This document shows, in pieces, positions 1 to 12,801 of a DNA stretch of 64,000 nt. The stretch lies in NCBI GenBank assembly GCA_963798485.1, contig CAWCTR010000004.1, forward strand, positions 128,001-192,000. The letters are read 5' to 3'. The notes beneath the pieces are model-generated. The model was not told the origin of the DNA, searched no databases, and was given only the letters and a program-made list of their open reading frames with translations. How positions within the stretch are numbered: position 1 is the first letter of the stretch; each line of letters opens with the position of its first letter. The DNA is from an uncultured delta proteobacterium. GTDB taxonomy: Bacteria > Desulfobacterota > Desulfomonilia > UBA1062. The position numbers and the translations under genes are program-made.

Positions 1-324
1 ACCATCCTTCCTCACGTAAAGGATTCCGCGCCCGGTCCCAACGCCGGGGTCAACTATGGCCAGGTGTATGGTGCCGGCGGAAAAGAACCTGAAACTGGTG
101 GCCAGCAGCCATCCCGCAGATATGATGCCGAAGGCGTCAATATCGTGAGTGATGTCTATGATCCGGGCTTCCGGGGCCTGAGTGAATATGACGGCCTTTA
201 CTTGGGCCACATAGGCATCCTTCAGGCCGAAATCCGAGATGAATGTTATGGTGGGGATCATGCCGCCTATAGTACGCCAAACCGGATGGCGGTCAATATC
301 ATGTTTACCGATCCCTCCCTTTAG
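1..324 (+). CDS. C-terminal part of a hypothetical protein (runs off the left edge)
   Basis: Frame 1 is open from base 1 to TAG at 322-324; no recognisable motif. Confidence 0.5.
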   Translation, partial: TILPHVKDSAPGPNAGVNYGQVYGAGGKEPETGGQQPSRRYDAEGVNIVSDVYDPGFRGLSEYDGLYLGHIGILQAEIRDECYGGDHAAYSTPNRMAVNIMFTDPSL

Positions 325-634
325 CAAAGGGAGGATAGGAGGGATTTGAAATCTCCCTTATGTGTCATAGACCTTGAACAAGAAAACCAAATCTCCCCTG
401 TCCCCTCCTTATAAAGGAGGGGAACCCAGGCAACCATGGAATGAAGCCAATTCATGTTTGATCAGCAAGCCTGTCTATGACACCTGCCAACTTTATTTGG
501 GATATGATGGATCTCAAAGGAAAGTATAAAAGGATTTCATCCTTCGTGTCCTTCGTGGTGCGGAATCCTTTTCATACATCACCTTCATCAGTCATCTCTT
601 GCACCACCGGCAAGCTTGCTTTATATTGGCTAAA

Positions 635-1384
635 ATGATGATCACCGAACAGAGCTGTTTCTATCCTGACAGTTACGTATACTTCGATCCGGCATCGAAG
701 GGTTTCCAAAGGGAAGACATCTTTCTGGATGGCCGCATCCACTGCTGGTTCATCCGCCCCCAACTGCGCAATGCGAAGCAATCCCTGATAGTCCACCTCC
801 ATGGCAATGCCGAGAATATGACCTCCCACATCACAGGCGCCCTGTTCCTCCTGGAGGAGGGCTATCCTATACTGGCCTTTGACTACAGCGGCTACGGCCG
901 GTCCAAGGGCACCCCGACCCTGGCAGGGATACAGGACGACGCCAGAGTAGTCTTTGGCCACATATTCGCAAATCCCGACACGTTCGGCAGCTGTGTCTTC
1001 GGGTTCGGCCAGTCCATGGGGGCGTATACACTGGCGCGGGTCCTGCCGGATTTTCCAGGGCTCAAGGGCGTCATTTTAGAGGCTGGGTTGTATTCATTCC
1101 ATGCATTGTTCTGTGAGGCCTATCCGGCGCTCACGTGCACCGTGCCTGAGAAAGGCTACTCGGCCCTTGATACGCTGCCCAAGAGTGCCGTACCCAAGCT
1201 CTTTATCCACGGGACTGCAGACGGCGTTGTCCCTTATTCCCACTCCATACAAATGCACGAGGTTGCAGCAGAACCGAAAGATATCCTTATCCTGGATGGT
1301 GTCGGCCATATCGAGGCCTTCATCTCCAGACAGGCCATGACCTACCGGGAAAAGATCCGGCAATTTTTGAAGCAGAACAGTTAG
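635..1384 (+). CDS. Alpha/beta hydrolase (YfhR/ABHD-like)
   Basis: HGNAEN, DYSGYGRS, nucleophile elbow GQSMG, HGTADGVVP and GVGH triad motifs; ATG at 635 chosen as start. Confidence 0.9.
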   Translation: MMITEQSCFYPDSYVYFDPASKGFQREDIFLDGRIHCWFIRPQLRNAKQSLIVHLHGNAENMTSHITGALFLLEEGYPILAFDYSGYGRSKGTPTLAGIQDDARVVFGHIFANPDTFGSCVFGFGQSMGAYTLARVLPDFPGLKGVILEAGLYSFHALFCEAYPALTCTVPEKGYSALDTLPKSAVPKLFIHGTADGVVPYSHSIQMHEVAAEPKDILILDGVGHIEAFISRQAMTYREKIRQFLKQNS

Positions 1385-1612
1385 CAGCCTGCCCTCATGC
1401 TTGGATTAATAACCGCGAGGTGAGCTGAAGGCAACGTTTCATAAGTGGTTGTTTCCTGCGTGCAGTCGTTGCCTGCAGCTCTTCGTGATGCAGTGGCGCC
1501 TCATGATGAAAAACTTAGGGTGTGCGGTCGCAAGTTGTTAATCATGTAAAATGGCGCCTTCGTGGTGCCCCTCGCGGTCAGATGGGAACCTGCGTTCCCT
1601 TGTCTGCCTGAA

Positions 1613-1840
1613 TCAGGTAAATAAGCCGGCCAGGCCTTCCCAGTAGAGCGTCCCCCAGGAGTTTATCCTGGGGTCTGTCTTACAGATAGGGCAGAAGTGG
1701 ACGACTACGATGTGTTTCGGGTCAGAGGTGGTGATCTCCTGGTGTCCGCAGTGCCTACATACCGGAGTCCCGCACCCTGAGCATGACGTTTCGGTATGGA
1801 TGCCGCAGGTGCAAACATCAAGTTTCCGTGCCGGTTGCAT
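1613..1840 (-). CDS. Small Cys-rich (putative Zn-binding) protein, 75 aa
   Basis: RBS GAAAGGGG before ATG 1840; CxC, CxxC, CxxC, CxxC pattern. Confidence 0.65.
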   Translation of the reverse strand: MQPARKLDVCTCGIHTETSCSGCGTPVCRHCGHQEITTSDPKHIVVVHFCPICKTDPRINSWGTLYWEGLAGLFT

Positions 1841-1892
1841 TGAGATACCCCTTTCATGCCTTGTTGGTGCAGCTACCGATATGAAAGGGACT

Positions 1893-1907
1893 GCCATTTC
1901 TATGCCA
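1893..1907 (-). promoter_or_regulatory. Putative sigma54 promoter of the Cys-rich gene
   Basis: TGGCATAGAAATGGC has exact GG-N10-GC spacing, about 50 nt upstream of the ATG. Confidence 0.55.
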
Positions 1908-2034
1908 AACGGGAAGGCTCTCGACAATCAGAGGCCTGAATTAAAAAAATCAAGTTATATTAATAAGCAATAAATTTGCCCGAGATAGTATTCCCATGAA
2001 ACCATAAAATGTGATGGGTCCGCATGCCATAAAT

Positions 2035-5000
2035 TTATGGCGTCTGTGCCATAAGACATATCCGAATCGCCCTTGCGACGGCATTCTTGGTAAAGGGTTT
2101 TTCAATATACTCTTTTATTCCTTGCTCAAGGGCTTCTTTGGGGGTGATGGTTTCACTATAACCGCTCATGAGGATGATGGGCACCCAACGTATCTTGAGG
2201 ATCTCGCAGGCCAGCGCTGATCCGGTCATGCCGGGCATGGTCTGGTCCGTGATGACGAGGTTGAATTTTTCCGGGTCCGACTGGAAGAGGGCCAATGCCT
2301 CGGTGCTTGAAGACAGGCCAATGACCTTATAGCCCAACTGAACCAACATGGGCGTTAAATAATTGAGGATCACCTCCTCATCATCTACCAGCAGGATGTT
2401 CTCCCCGTTTCCCGGTTCCGGGGTTTCTTCAGATTCCTCCAGTTCCTCCGGCTCCCCGGTGAATACAGGGAGATATACATCGAATGTGCTGCCTTTTCCA
2501 ATTGCTGAACTCACGAAGACCGCACCGCCGAGGCTTGTAACGATACCATGGACCGTAGCCAGGCCGAGGCCGGTTCCCTTGCCCTTTTCTTTGGTGGTAA
2601 AGAAGGGGTCGAAAATACGCTTGATTGTCTCGGAGTCCATGCCGCAGCCGGTATCGCTCACCGTGAGCCTCAGATGTTCCCCTTCACAAAGGGGCGGGTG
2701 CTGGGATGAAAAAAGGGCATCGAGGTACATCTGCTCCAGTGATACGGTAAGAGTTCCGCCGTCAGGAAGCATGGCATGGTAGGCATTGGTGCACAGATTC
2801 ATGATTATCTGGTGGATCTGGGTGGAATCTGCAAGGACAAATCCTGTAGAGGGGTTTATGCGATCAGTGATGGTGATGGTGCTTGGTATGGAAGACCTCA
2901 GCAGCTTGAGTGACTCCTTGATGATGTAATGGATTTTAACAGGGCTTCGCTCGGTCTCCACCTGGCGGCTGAAGGTGAGGATCTGCTTGATAAGCTCCTT
3001 AGCTCTGCATCCTGCATTGAAGACCTCCATGACGCTCTCATAGGAAGGGCTGTCTTTCGGAACCTCATCCTGCAACAGTTCGGAATTGCCGATGATGGCG
3101 GACAGGATATTATTAAAGTCGTGTGCAATACCGCCCGCGAGTGTGCCGATGGCCTCCAGCTTCTGGGAGCGCATCAACCGGGCCTCATAGACGCGTCGTT
3201 CCTCGTCGGCCTGCTTTCTCTCCGTGATGTCATCTGCGATGCCGGCAAGGTAGACTACGGAACCCTGTTCATTGCAGATGGCCGAACGCCTGTTTCGTAT
3301 CCACCTTATGGTTCCATCTTTTTTCATATAGCGGAACTCGTATTCATGCTCAATGTCCTGGGTGTTTTCTGCCATCGATAAAACTAACCCGATATCATCA
3401 GGGTGTACAAGTTTGAGCCATAGGCGAGGGTTCTTATAGATCTCTTCGCAGGGTATGCCGGAGATCCTTTCGAAGGCAGGGCTGAGGTAAATCACCTTGG
3501 TCCAGTCGGGCAGTGTGATCCAGAAAATCTCAGGACTTGCCTCTGCCAGCTTTCTGAAGCGCTCTTCGCTCACTCTGAGCTTATCCTCGGCCCTTTTGAG
3601 ATCGGTAATATCATGCACCAGCGAGAAGATATAGGAGGTGCCTTCAACATCTATGAGCGTTGCCGAAAGGAGGACGCCCCGGATATCACCGGATCTGTTT
3701 TTAAGTTGAACCTCCGCATTCTGAATGTTGTTCCCCGCTACCAGCTCATTGATAAACCATGAACGGTCATCCTTGTTCACCCAGACGCCCAGCTCGGCAG
3801 TGGTGCGGTCTATAATCTCTTCCTTAACGTATCCCGACCATGTTACAAAGGCGGTATTGGCATCGATAATCTTCCGGTCTGCAGGGTTTATGATGCACAT
3901 GGGGTCAGGGCCTGAATCGAAGGCAGCCTGGAATTTCTTCTCGGAAAAAGAGACAAGTCCCTCTGCACGCCTATGCTCGGTAACATTGATACCGATACCA
4001 AAGATGAACTCAAGTTCACCATTATCCTTAAAGACCGCCTTTCCCTGCCACTGGACGAAAAGGGTTCTCCCGTCTCTTGTCATTACCCTGTTCTCATGCA
4101 CTATAGGGATCCTTAAGGAGATCATAGAGTCTGTTGCTTTCAGGAACAGGTTATGGTCTTCTTCGGGAACGAATTTTTTGAGATAGTCCTTGCCTACTAC
4201 ATCTGCGAGCTCATAGCCTAAGGCGTTTGTCATGGCTTCGTTCATGAAGATCGTCTTGCCTTGAGGATTCACGGCGTCGTAGAAGGCCGGCGATGTCTGG
4301 ATGATGGAGGTGATGAAATCCCGTTCCTTCTTCAACTCCCGCTGGGTGCGGAGTCTGGCGGTGATGTCCCGGGCTGAGCCCCGGACGGCGATTGCGTTTC
4401 CCTCGGGGCCGGTAACCAGCGAGTTGTGATACTCCAGGACACGTTCAACCCCGTTCTTGTTTATAATAGTAAGGAAGCCTTCGTCAAAGCCTTTGTCCAT
4501 TACGTTTCGCATATAATTCTCAAAGCGGTTTTTGTGCCTTTGGGGCAACAGGTCTTTCACCGAGAGGTTGGTTATCTCGGGCTCCGAGTAACCGGCTTTT
4601 TTCTTGAATGCCATGTTGGTCTCTATGAAATTGCCCTCGAGATCGTGGAGATAGAGATAGTCCGAGACGTTGAGGAAGATATCGCGATATTTAGCCTCAC
4701 TCTTTTTTAAGGCATCCTCGGTCAGCCTGCTGTCGGTTATGTCGCGTAGCGTTTCGATGGCTCCTATGGTCTGTCCGTTTTTATCATAGATCGGACCGGC
4801 CTTGATCCAGAGGCATCTTTTCATGGGCAGCCCTGTTGACTCGGCATAGATGCTGTCCCCTTGCCGGAGGATGGAAGTATAGTTCTTCTCTATTTCATGG
4901 TCACGCTTCAGCACCAGGTCGACGATTACCGGCCTCCGCTCTCCATAAAGCGGCAGGGAGTGCTCATAGTTCGACTTCCCCATCATTTCCTTCGCACTGA

Positions 5001-5142
5001 TCCGGGTGAGCCTCTCCATTGCCCGGTTCCAGATTATCACCCTCCCATCCCTGTCGATTGCAAAGGTGGGGTCAGGCAGAAAATCGACCACCTGTGAGAG
5101 CAGCAAAGTGGACTCGTCAGGGCTGTCTTTGCGCTGCTTCAT
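2035..5142 (-). CDS. Multi-PAS hybrid sensor histidine kinase / response regulator
   Basis: Repeated PAS/PAC units (RDITD, HDITD, DDITE), H-box GGIAHDFNN, NLCTNA, DTGCGM, FFTTK, GTGLGL, and C-terminal REC (LLVDDE, DQTMP, KP); RBS AAGGA before ATG 5142. Confidence 0.95.
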   Translation of the reverse strand: MKQRKDSPDESTLLLSQVVDFLPDPTFAIDRDGRVIIWNRAMERLTRISAKEMMGKSNYEHSLPLYGERRPVIVDLVLKRDHEIEKNYTSILRQGDSIYAESTGLPMKRCLWIKAGPIYDKNGQTIGAIETLRDITDSRLTEDALKKSEAKYRDIFLNVSDYLYLHDLEGNFIETNMAFKKKAGYSEPEITNLSVKDLLPQRHKNRFENYMRNVMDKGFDEGFLTIINKNGVERVLEYHNSLVTGPEGNAIAVRGSARDITARLRTQRELKKERDFITSIIQTSPAFYDAVNPQGKTIFMNEAMTNALGYELADVVGKDYLKKFVPEEDHNLFLKATDSMISLRIPIVHENRVMTRDGRTLFVQWQGKAVFKDNGELEFIFGIGINVTEHRRAEGLVSFSEKKFQAAFDSGPDPMCIINPADRKIIDANTAFVTWSGYVKEEIIDRTTAELGVWVNKDDRSWFINELVAGNNIQNAEVQLKNRSGDIRGVLLSATLIDVEGTSYIFSLVHDITDLKRAEDKLRVSEERFRKLAEASPEIFWITLPDWTKVIYLSPAFERISGIPCEEIYKNPRLWLKLVHPDDIGLVLSMAENTQDIEHEYEFRYMKKDGTIRWIRNRRSAICNEQGSVVYLAGIADDITERKQADEERRVYEARLMRSQKLEAIGTLAGGIAHDFNNILSAIIGNSELLQDEVPKDSPSYESVMEVFNAGCRAKELIKQILTFSRQVETERSPVKIHYIIKESLKLLRSSIPSTITITDRINPSTGFVLADSTQIHQIIMNLCTNAYHAMLPDGGTLTVSLEQMYLDALFSSQHPPLCEGEHLRLTVSDTGCGMDSETIKRIFDPFFTTKEKGKGTGLGLATVHGIVTSLGGAVFVSSAIGKGSTFDVYLPVFTGEPEELEESEETPEPGNGENILLVDDEEVILNYLTPMLVQLGYKVIGLSSSTEALALFQSDPEKFNLVITDQTMPGMTGSALACEILKIRWVPIILMSGYSETITPKEALEQGIKEYIEKPFTKNAVARAIRICLMAQTP

Positions 5143-5265
5143 GGTTGTTTTTATCCTTACCTTGGGTTTTTTGTTGATTCCATCCCTTATATAAATATTG
5201 CCGGAGTGTTTAATGACAAGATCATGAACGGAAAAATGTGAATTGAATATATAAGGCATTCATTC

Positions 5266-7161
5266 TTAAAAGAGCTCCAGGTTCTCCCAGTTATCGTCTC
5301 CGGTGCTCGTTTTCTCAGACCCTGCCTCATCTTGGGGCCCTGACTCAAGGTGTTGCACATGGATGTCACGCTCGCTCTTTGTGGTGTAGAGCCTGTCGAG
5401 GTTAGACATGAGAGATGATGCCGCTGATTCAAACCCGGATGGACAGACGAGACGGGCGTTCTGCGCCGTATCCTCAATGGTCTTCATTACCTTTTTCAGC
5501 ACGCTTTCCACCTTCTCGTGCACCGTGATATCATCCGCTGTATCCTGGAGGTCCCTCAGGAGCGATTCGCCCAAGGTTGTCATTTCATGCAGCATTACAT
5601 GTACGGCGTCATTAATGCTGCGCAGCGACTTGATCAGTTCCCTGAGTTTGTCCACCATAAACCCTATGGTCTTTGATTGCCTTTCCTGCATGAGGAGCAT
5701 GTCTTCCTTGAAGCGCAGCGAGATGTCCACCAGTGTTGCCAGGACCTTGCTTAAGTCTTTTGTGTCTTCACGGGCAGTCTTTGAAAGTTCGTATATGCTT
5801 CCCGAGATTGTATCAAGCATGGCCCCTTCTTTTCCCAAGTGGGCAGCCTTGATCCGTGCGTTCAACGCGATGAGCTGGAGATTCAATCCCAGCGATTCAA
5901 TATCCTTCACGAACACGGACATCTCGGATACCATTTCGCTTGCAGAGTTTACCGTTCCACTTAAGTTTGCATGCTCTTCGGCAATGGCCTTTAAGCACTC
6001 TATGACCGAGGTTATCCCTCTGTCGATGCCCTCCATGAAAGACTGCCCCTTTGTATCAGAGGCCCATGCAACGTCTTGGGTCTCCAGGAGGACATCGCCT
6101 ACATTTTTTGTAATATTCTGGAGGCTTGCAATAACCTTGAACACGGCATTTGCCAACTCCTCATAGGACTGCTTGAGCTGGGCATGCTGCAGGGTCAAGA
6201 CATCCCTTACCATGGCGGCCTTTTCGAGTCTGGTGTAATCATCCTGACCAATTGCCGTACAGAGGTGGTCCAGTACCTCCTTCACATGTTCAAGCTGCTG
6301 ACGGGTGATGTCATGGAACTGCATTGAAATGACGATGTCGCCGATGCTTGAGGCTATGTCCCTGCTTACCTCTTCCACGAGCCTTGCCGACTCTGATGCG
6401 CTTTTAAATTTTTGGGAAAGGGCGTGGTGGTTGGTTACCGCCTTTTCCAGTGTTATGCGGGCGCTTTCGCTCTGGGTTCTCTCAAAGTCGATAATCTTGG
6501 AAAGCGCCAGCGTAACAAAGGACTGCACATTTACCGATACATGGTTGATATGTAATGATTTCTTCTTGATGATATCAGAGAGATTCCTCACATCATCGGT
6601 CAGCGTTGCGAACCCTGTATTCTCGGTGACGATATGTGCATTTTCCACCCGTGTAAGAAAACCCAGCATGGTGAGGTTGAGCACATGCAGTTTGAAGGAC
6701 TCGATGCTCGATGACAGCTTTGAGAGTTCCAAACGATGCTGCTGGAAGACCTTGCTTATCTGTGAGAAGTGACCTTGAGACTCGTTGATATGATCTTTGA
6801 GCTCTTCAAGGATTCCCTGCAACCCATTTGTGGCGGTACCCAGTGCCTCACCGGTCATGATTTGTGCAACCCCGCTCGATTTATCGCACATCTTTTGGGC
6901 GCGCGTGTAGTATTCCTGGAGGTTCTCGGCAATCCTGAGGAAGTCCTTTTCTGACGCCTCGATGAGCCTGTCGAGCAGACTATCCACCTGGTCAATGGAA
7001 TCTGTCCACTGGAACTGAGTTTCCGGTGTAATGGCTAGAGTGCTCCCTTTCCTTTTAATAATGTGCACAGAAAGGCTTTTCACTGTCCCAAGCAGACTCA
7101 TACTATCGGTCCAATCTGAGATGAATGTTTGTGAGCACCGTGTTTCCCCGCATTTTCCCAA
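5266..7161 (-). CDS. Soluble methyl-accepting-chemotaxis-like protein
   Basis: MCP hairpin LIALNARIKAAHLGKEG, a degenerate second hairpin, CheZ-like QFHDITRQQLEHV, and a C-terminal NLELF pentapeptide; no TM segments seen; start codon uncertain. Confidence 0.8.
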   Translation of the reverse strand: MGKCGETRCSQTFISDWTDSMSLLGTVKSLSVHIIKRKGSTLAITPETQFQWTDSIDQVDSLLDRLIEASEKDFLRIAENLQEYYTRAQKMCDKSSGVAQIMTGEALGTATNGLQGILEELKDHINESQGHFSQISKVFQQHRLELSKLSSSIESFKLHVLNLTMLGFLTRVENAHIVTENTGFATLTDDVRNLSDIIKKKSLHINHVSVNVQSFVTLALSKIIDFERTQSESARITLEKAVTNHHALSQKFKSASESARLVEEVSRDIASSIGDIVISMQFHDITRQQLEHVKEVLDHLCTAIGQDDYTRLEKAAMVRDVLTLQHAQLKQSYEELANAVFKVIASLQNITKNVGDVLLETQDVAWASDTKGQSFMEGIDRGITSVIECLKAIAEEHANLSGTVNSASEMVSEMSVFVKDIESLGLNLQLIALNARIKAAHLGKEGAMLDTISGSIYELSKTAREDTKDLSKVLATLVDISLRFKEDMLLMQERQSKTIGFMVDKLRELIKSLRSINDAVHVMLHEMTTLGESLLRDLQDTADDITVHEKVESVLKKVMKTIEDTAQNARLVCPSGFESAASSLMSNLDRLYTTKSERDIHVQHLESGPQDEAGSEKTSTGDDNWENLELF

Positions 7162-7370
7162 TGCCTCTTCCCTTAAATGTTACGGGTGTCCCCGACCTGT
7201 TCATACTGAGAGCCTGTTTTTTTCACAGGGACTGATATATTGATCGGTTGGATGCATGCTTTGACTTTATAATATCTTTATCCTGTTGCCGTCATCGGTT
7301 ACGAGGGAGCCGGCCTCGATGATGCCCTAAGATCCTGGGAAGACAAGGCGAGTGCTTTCAGGGGCGCCGC

Positions 7371-7445
7371 CCCGATACCGGGATACTCGTGCCCACGGTG
7401 CACAAGAACGAAGAATATATGATCGCAAGCCTGAAGGCCGGGGCA
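7371..7445 (+). pseudogene. Short remnant of a NarL-type receiver domain
   Basis: Translates PDTGILVPTVHKNEEYMIASLKAGA, resembling the P-x-x-K-I-L-V-L-T-V-H...E-E-Y...L-K-A-G-A segment of NarL/LuxR regulators; no start and no HTH. Confidence 0.45.
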
Positions 7446-7479
7446 CTGAGCCTCATCCCTCGATCCATTGACCCCCGGC

Positions 7480-9624
<2,145 letters not shown>

Positions 9625-9779
9625 GGCTTCATTCCTTCAATCCGGATGATAGGGAAGGTATACCACAGGATCGTATTCTTTTACATCATGTTTACTTTAA
9701 GGAGGGTGTCGGGGCGCCAAAGTTTCCTCCCCATCAAGGGGAATGTCAGGATACCAAAATTCCCTCCCCTTTGAGGAAA

Positions 9780-9836
9780 GGTCAAGGTACCAAGGTTCCC
9801 TCCCCTTCAAGGGGAGGGACTTAGGTGGGGATGGGG
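9780..9836 (+). repeat. Partial copy of CCCTCCCC-TTCAA-GGGGAGGG composite palindromic repeat
   Basis: ggtaccaaggttccctccccttcaaggggagggacttaggtggggatggg also occurs near 12435, 13945 and 14345, and inverted near 23800. Confidence 0.85.
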
Positions 9837-9839
9837 TTA

Positions 9840-11489
9840 TTATTGAATGGGCCTGATTCCGGAATCGCGGCCCAAACCGTCCAGGACAGCGCTGTCACGG
9901 TTATAGGGGTCTTTCTTGAAATAGACGATGCCGTCTTTGTCCACCTCCACCGTCACGTAGAGCAGCAGTATGGTAACGGGTCTGGGCAAGGTGAGTATCC
10001 GGGTTTTTCCTGATTCGGCCGCCTTCATGATGTTTTCCTGGCTCCACCTGGATGGATCGTCCAGCAGCAGCTCCGAGAGTTCGAAAGGCTTCTCCAGGCG
10101 TATGCATCCCGAGCTGAATGTCCTCTCCTCGCTGGCGAACAGCTCCTTATGCGGGGTGTCATGCATGTACACGGAATAGGGATTGGGGAATATGACCTTG
10201 ATGCGCCCCAGGGCGTTTCCGGCGCCAGGGTTCTGCCTGAGCGTGTAAGGAAAAGGACGCGCAGGGTACAACGACCAGTTGACGGATTTCGGATTCACCT
10301 CGGAGCCCTGATGGTTTAGAATCTTGAGGCCCTTCTTGTCGAGGTAGGAGGGGTCCTTCCGGACAGCCGGCAGGATGTCCTTTTTAAAGATAGTCGGCGG
10401 CACCACCCACGCGGGATTGAGCTCTATATGCGTGATCTTCGATCTGAACACCGGCGTGTCGCGATAGGGCTGCCCCACCTGTGCCCTGCACGACCATATG
10501 ACCTTGTTGTCTTTGTTGAAAGACACGCGGAACCCGGCAATGTCCACGAGGACGAATGGGTTCCCCGTGTCACGGAGCACCCACCTGGCGCGCTCGAGGT
10601 TCACGCGGATCTGGTCGATGCGGTCCTCCACCGGCACATTCAATGCTGCAAGCGTCTCTTTCCCCACCACGCCGTCTTCTTTCAGGCCGTGCCTGCGCTG
10701 AAAATGGATGACTGCCTGCCGGAGCGGCCCATCGAAGGTAAGGGGGTCTGTGGCCGGTTCCTGCAGGGCATCGGTTTTGCCCAGGCGCCTGCGCAGCGAT
10801 GAAACCCTCGGGTCGATCATGCCTTTTTTCAGGGCAGGGCCGGGGGGCACCGCTTCCCAGCCGCCGCTGCCCCTTATTGCGCGATACGCCCCGAGTGCTT
10901 CCTTCAGGCGGGAGTAGGACGGGTGGTTTATCTTCCATGCGTTGATTGTTTGTACAAGCGAGGGTGATGCGATGGTATGCTCGATGAAAGCGACCGGGTC
11001 CGTATCAGCGATCTTCCGGTCGAGGTTCCACTGAGGGTGATAGGTCAAGGGATCTTGCTTGCCGCAGTTGGAGTGGTTGGCGAGAAGGACAAGGGCATCG
11101 GTGAGGAGGAGGTCCAGCGATGCCGCGAGTGACGGGTCAAGGGACGTGCCTGTACGGGTCATGGACCACTGCCGCCGGATCTCTTGAAGGTGATAATCCT
11201 CAGGGTCGAGGCCGTCTTGGTAAGTATTCTCTATGGCACGAACGAGTTGCTCGATTGATTGTGCATTCACCCAGATCGGACGATATTCACGCCGTTTATA
11301 GAGCTCCGGAATGACGGTGAGAGACGAGATCCGGCAGGCTCCCACGCTGAAACCGCCGGTGATCTGTGTGCCGCCAAGCTTCTGTCGGATTATTGCGGCA
11401 ACGGCATCATCGGAGGTCTGGGCAAGGCATGTTCCGGTATAAATGAGCATGAAGCCCAGCAGAAAGGTAATGAGAATTCTCCGTGACAT
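9840..11489 (-). CDS. ycbB: L,D-transpeptidase, YcbB/LdtD family
   Basis: Signal peptide, PG-binding domain (FQRRHGLKEDGVVG), NLERARW, NALGRIK, YMHDTP, SSGCIR catalytic Cys. Confidence 0.93.
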   Translation of the reverse strand: MSRRILITFLLGFMLIYTGTCLAQTSDDAVAAIIRQKLGGTQITGGFSVGACRISSLTVIPELYKRREYRPIWVNAQSIEQLVRAIENTYQDGLDPEDYHLQEIRRQWSMTRTGTSLDPSLAASLDLLLTDALVLLANHSNCGKQDPLTYHPQWNLDRKIADTDPVAFIEHTIASPSLVQTINAWKINHPSYSRLKEALGAYRAIRGSGGWEAVPPGPALKKGMIDPRVSSLRRRLGKTDALQEPATDPLTFDGPLRQAVIHFQRRHGLKEDGVVGKETLAALNVPVEDRIDQIRVNLERARWVLRDTGNPFVLVDIAGFRVSFNKDNKVIWSCRAQVGQPYRDTPVFRSKITHIELNPAWVVPPTIFKKDILPAVRKDPSYLDKKGLKILNHQGSEVNPKSVNWSLYPARPFPYTLRQNPGAGNALGRIKVIFPNPYSVYMHDTPHKELFASEERTFSSGCIRLEKPFELSELLLDDPSRWSQENIMKAAESGKTRILTLPRPVTILLLYVTVEVDKDGIVYFKKDPYNRDSAVLDGLGRDSGIRPIQ

Positions 11490-11527
11490 GGTCCCTCGAC
11501 ATCCCTGCTGAGCGCGTACTGCAGGGC

Positions 11528-12112
11528 TTACCAGTATCGTACGCGTCCCACATCCACGTGGACGAAGTCGGACTCCGGATAGTAACCCACCCCTCCACCC
11601 TTCAGGTCAATTGCTGAGCGCCGCAGTGATGACAGGCTGTATCCCGGCAGACGGATATCCGCCGCTTTCCCCTCCATGTGGAGGCTGTGACCGGCCACCC
11701 CGCGGCTGTTCTCGCGCAGGCGGGCGTTCGTGGCAGGGGAACGGTAGCCGGAGATTATGTGCAGCATCTCGTGAGACCCTGTGTTGTTGTGAAGATCATG
11801 GAGAAGATCGAGAAGGCCGGTGTCGATGGGCAGTATCTCTTCAGTGCGAAAGTCCCTGAGGATATGGTTGATCTCAGAGAGTGCATCAGAAACATATTCG
11901 CCTTTGATCCAGTACGCTGTCTTGAGTGTTTCTCCGGTGTGCAGGTTGTAGAGCGCCAATGTCCGTTCAGGCGATTGCGGTGCCTGTATGGCCCCCAGAA
12001 GGGTGCAAGGGAATAGGCTTGCCCCCAGCGCAAGCGCCCCTGCCTTCAGGAAATTGCGGCGGCATATTTTGTGTTCCAGAGCCTTGTGCACAACCGACGG
12101 ATGTTTATTCAT
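11528..12112 (-). CDS. ycbK: YcbK/MepK (DUF882) M15 peptidase, Tat-exported
   Basis: CRRNFLK Tat motif, NLHTGE, ISGYRSP, SLHMEGKAAD, FVHVDVG; adjacent to ycbB as usual. Confidence 0.92.
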   Translation of the reverse strand: MNKHPSVVHKALEHKICRRNFLKAGALALGASLFPCTLLGAIQAPQSPERTLALYNLHTGETLKTAYWIKGEYVSDALSEINHILRDFRTEEILPIDTGLLDLLHDLHNNTGSHEMLHIISGYRSPATNARLRENSRGVAGHSLHMEGKAADIRLPGYSLSSLRRSAIDLKGGGVGYYPESDFVHVDVGRVRYW

Positions 12113-12430
12113 CGTTCCTCTTACCGGGGATAAATACCAAGCATGCCCATGCCTTGTCAACCCGATCGGCCCCGGTGGGCGCAGGCCCTAAGTTTTCTTA
12201 GATGTTCACCATCCCCATCGTCATCCAACGGCCGGGACTTAAGCCGGCGGATGAACCAAGCATAAGACCGGCATGTGGAGATGCGGGAACAGAGGAGGAG
12301 GTGTGCTTGGTTTCTCACCTCGATTATTCTGCAACACATTCCTTTCGAGCGTAGTATAATGGTACCAAATTACCCTCCCTGTGAATGTGAGAAACAGGGC
12401 ATCAAAGTACCCTCCCGTTAAGGAGAGGTG

Positions 12431-12790
12431 ACAGGGTACCAAAGTACCCTCCCCTTCAAGGGGAGGGACTTAGGTGGGGATGGGCCTAAATCCCGAAGTC
12501 TCTTTGGCTGAGGGACCCGATGAAGGGCACCTGAACCCCTTGGGCCGTTACGGGAGAGAAGCAGAGTGAAGGAAGCTCTAAACCCCCTCGCCCCTTTAGG
12601 GGGAGAGGGCCGGAGTGAGGAGGCATTCAACCCCCTCCCCCCTTGCGGGGGAGGGTTGGGGAGAGGGGGCAGAAATTACATCCCCACTCCAAGACGGAAA
12701 TCGGATTCACATTATTCCCCAGTAAGGATGGAAAATAGAAATGTTATCTTTTCAATTTTTGTTCTCAAAAATAAATCTACCCCCTTTTTC
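12431..12790 (+). repeat. Cluster of CCCCTC...GAGGGG palindromes plus composite repeat end
   Basis: Several ccctcccc/gggagaggg hairpins ending in cacattattccccagtaaggatggaaaatagaaa, shared with the 14050, 14450 and 23700 copies. Confidence 0.8.
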
Positions 12791-12801
12791 CGGAGGCATT
12801 C

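Noticed and set aside
1422-1481. Structured ncRNA or riboswitch
   Set aside because: A 15-bp imperfect inverted repeat between convergent genes, with no recognisable family motif; more simply a terminator-like hairpin.
7241-7270. Sigma28 promoter for the MCP-like gene
   Set aside because: ACCGATCA is present but spacing to TAAA is 17 rather than 15 nt; too weak to call.
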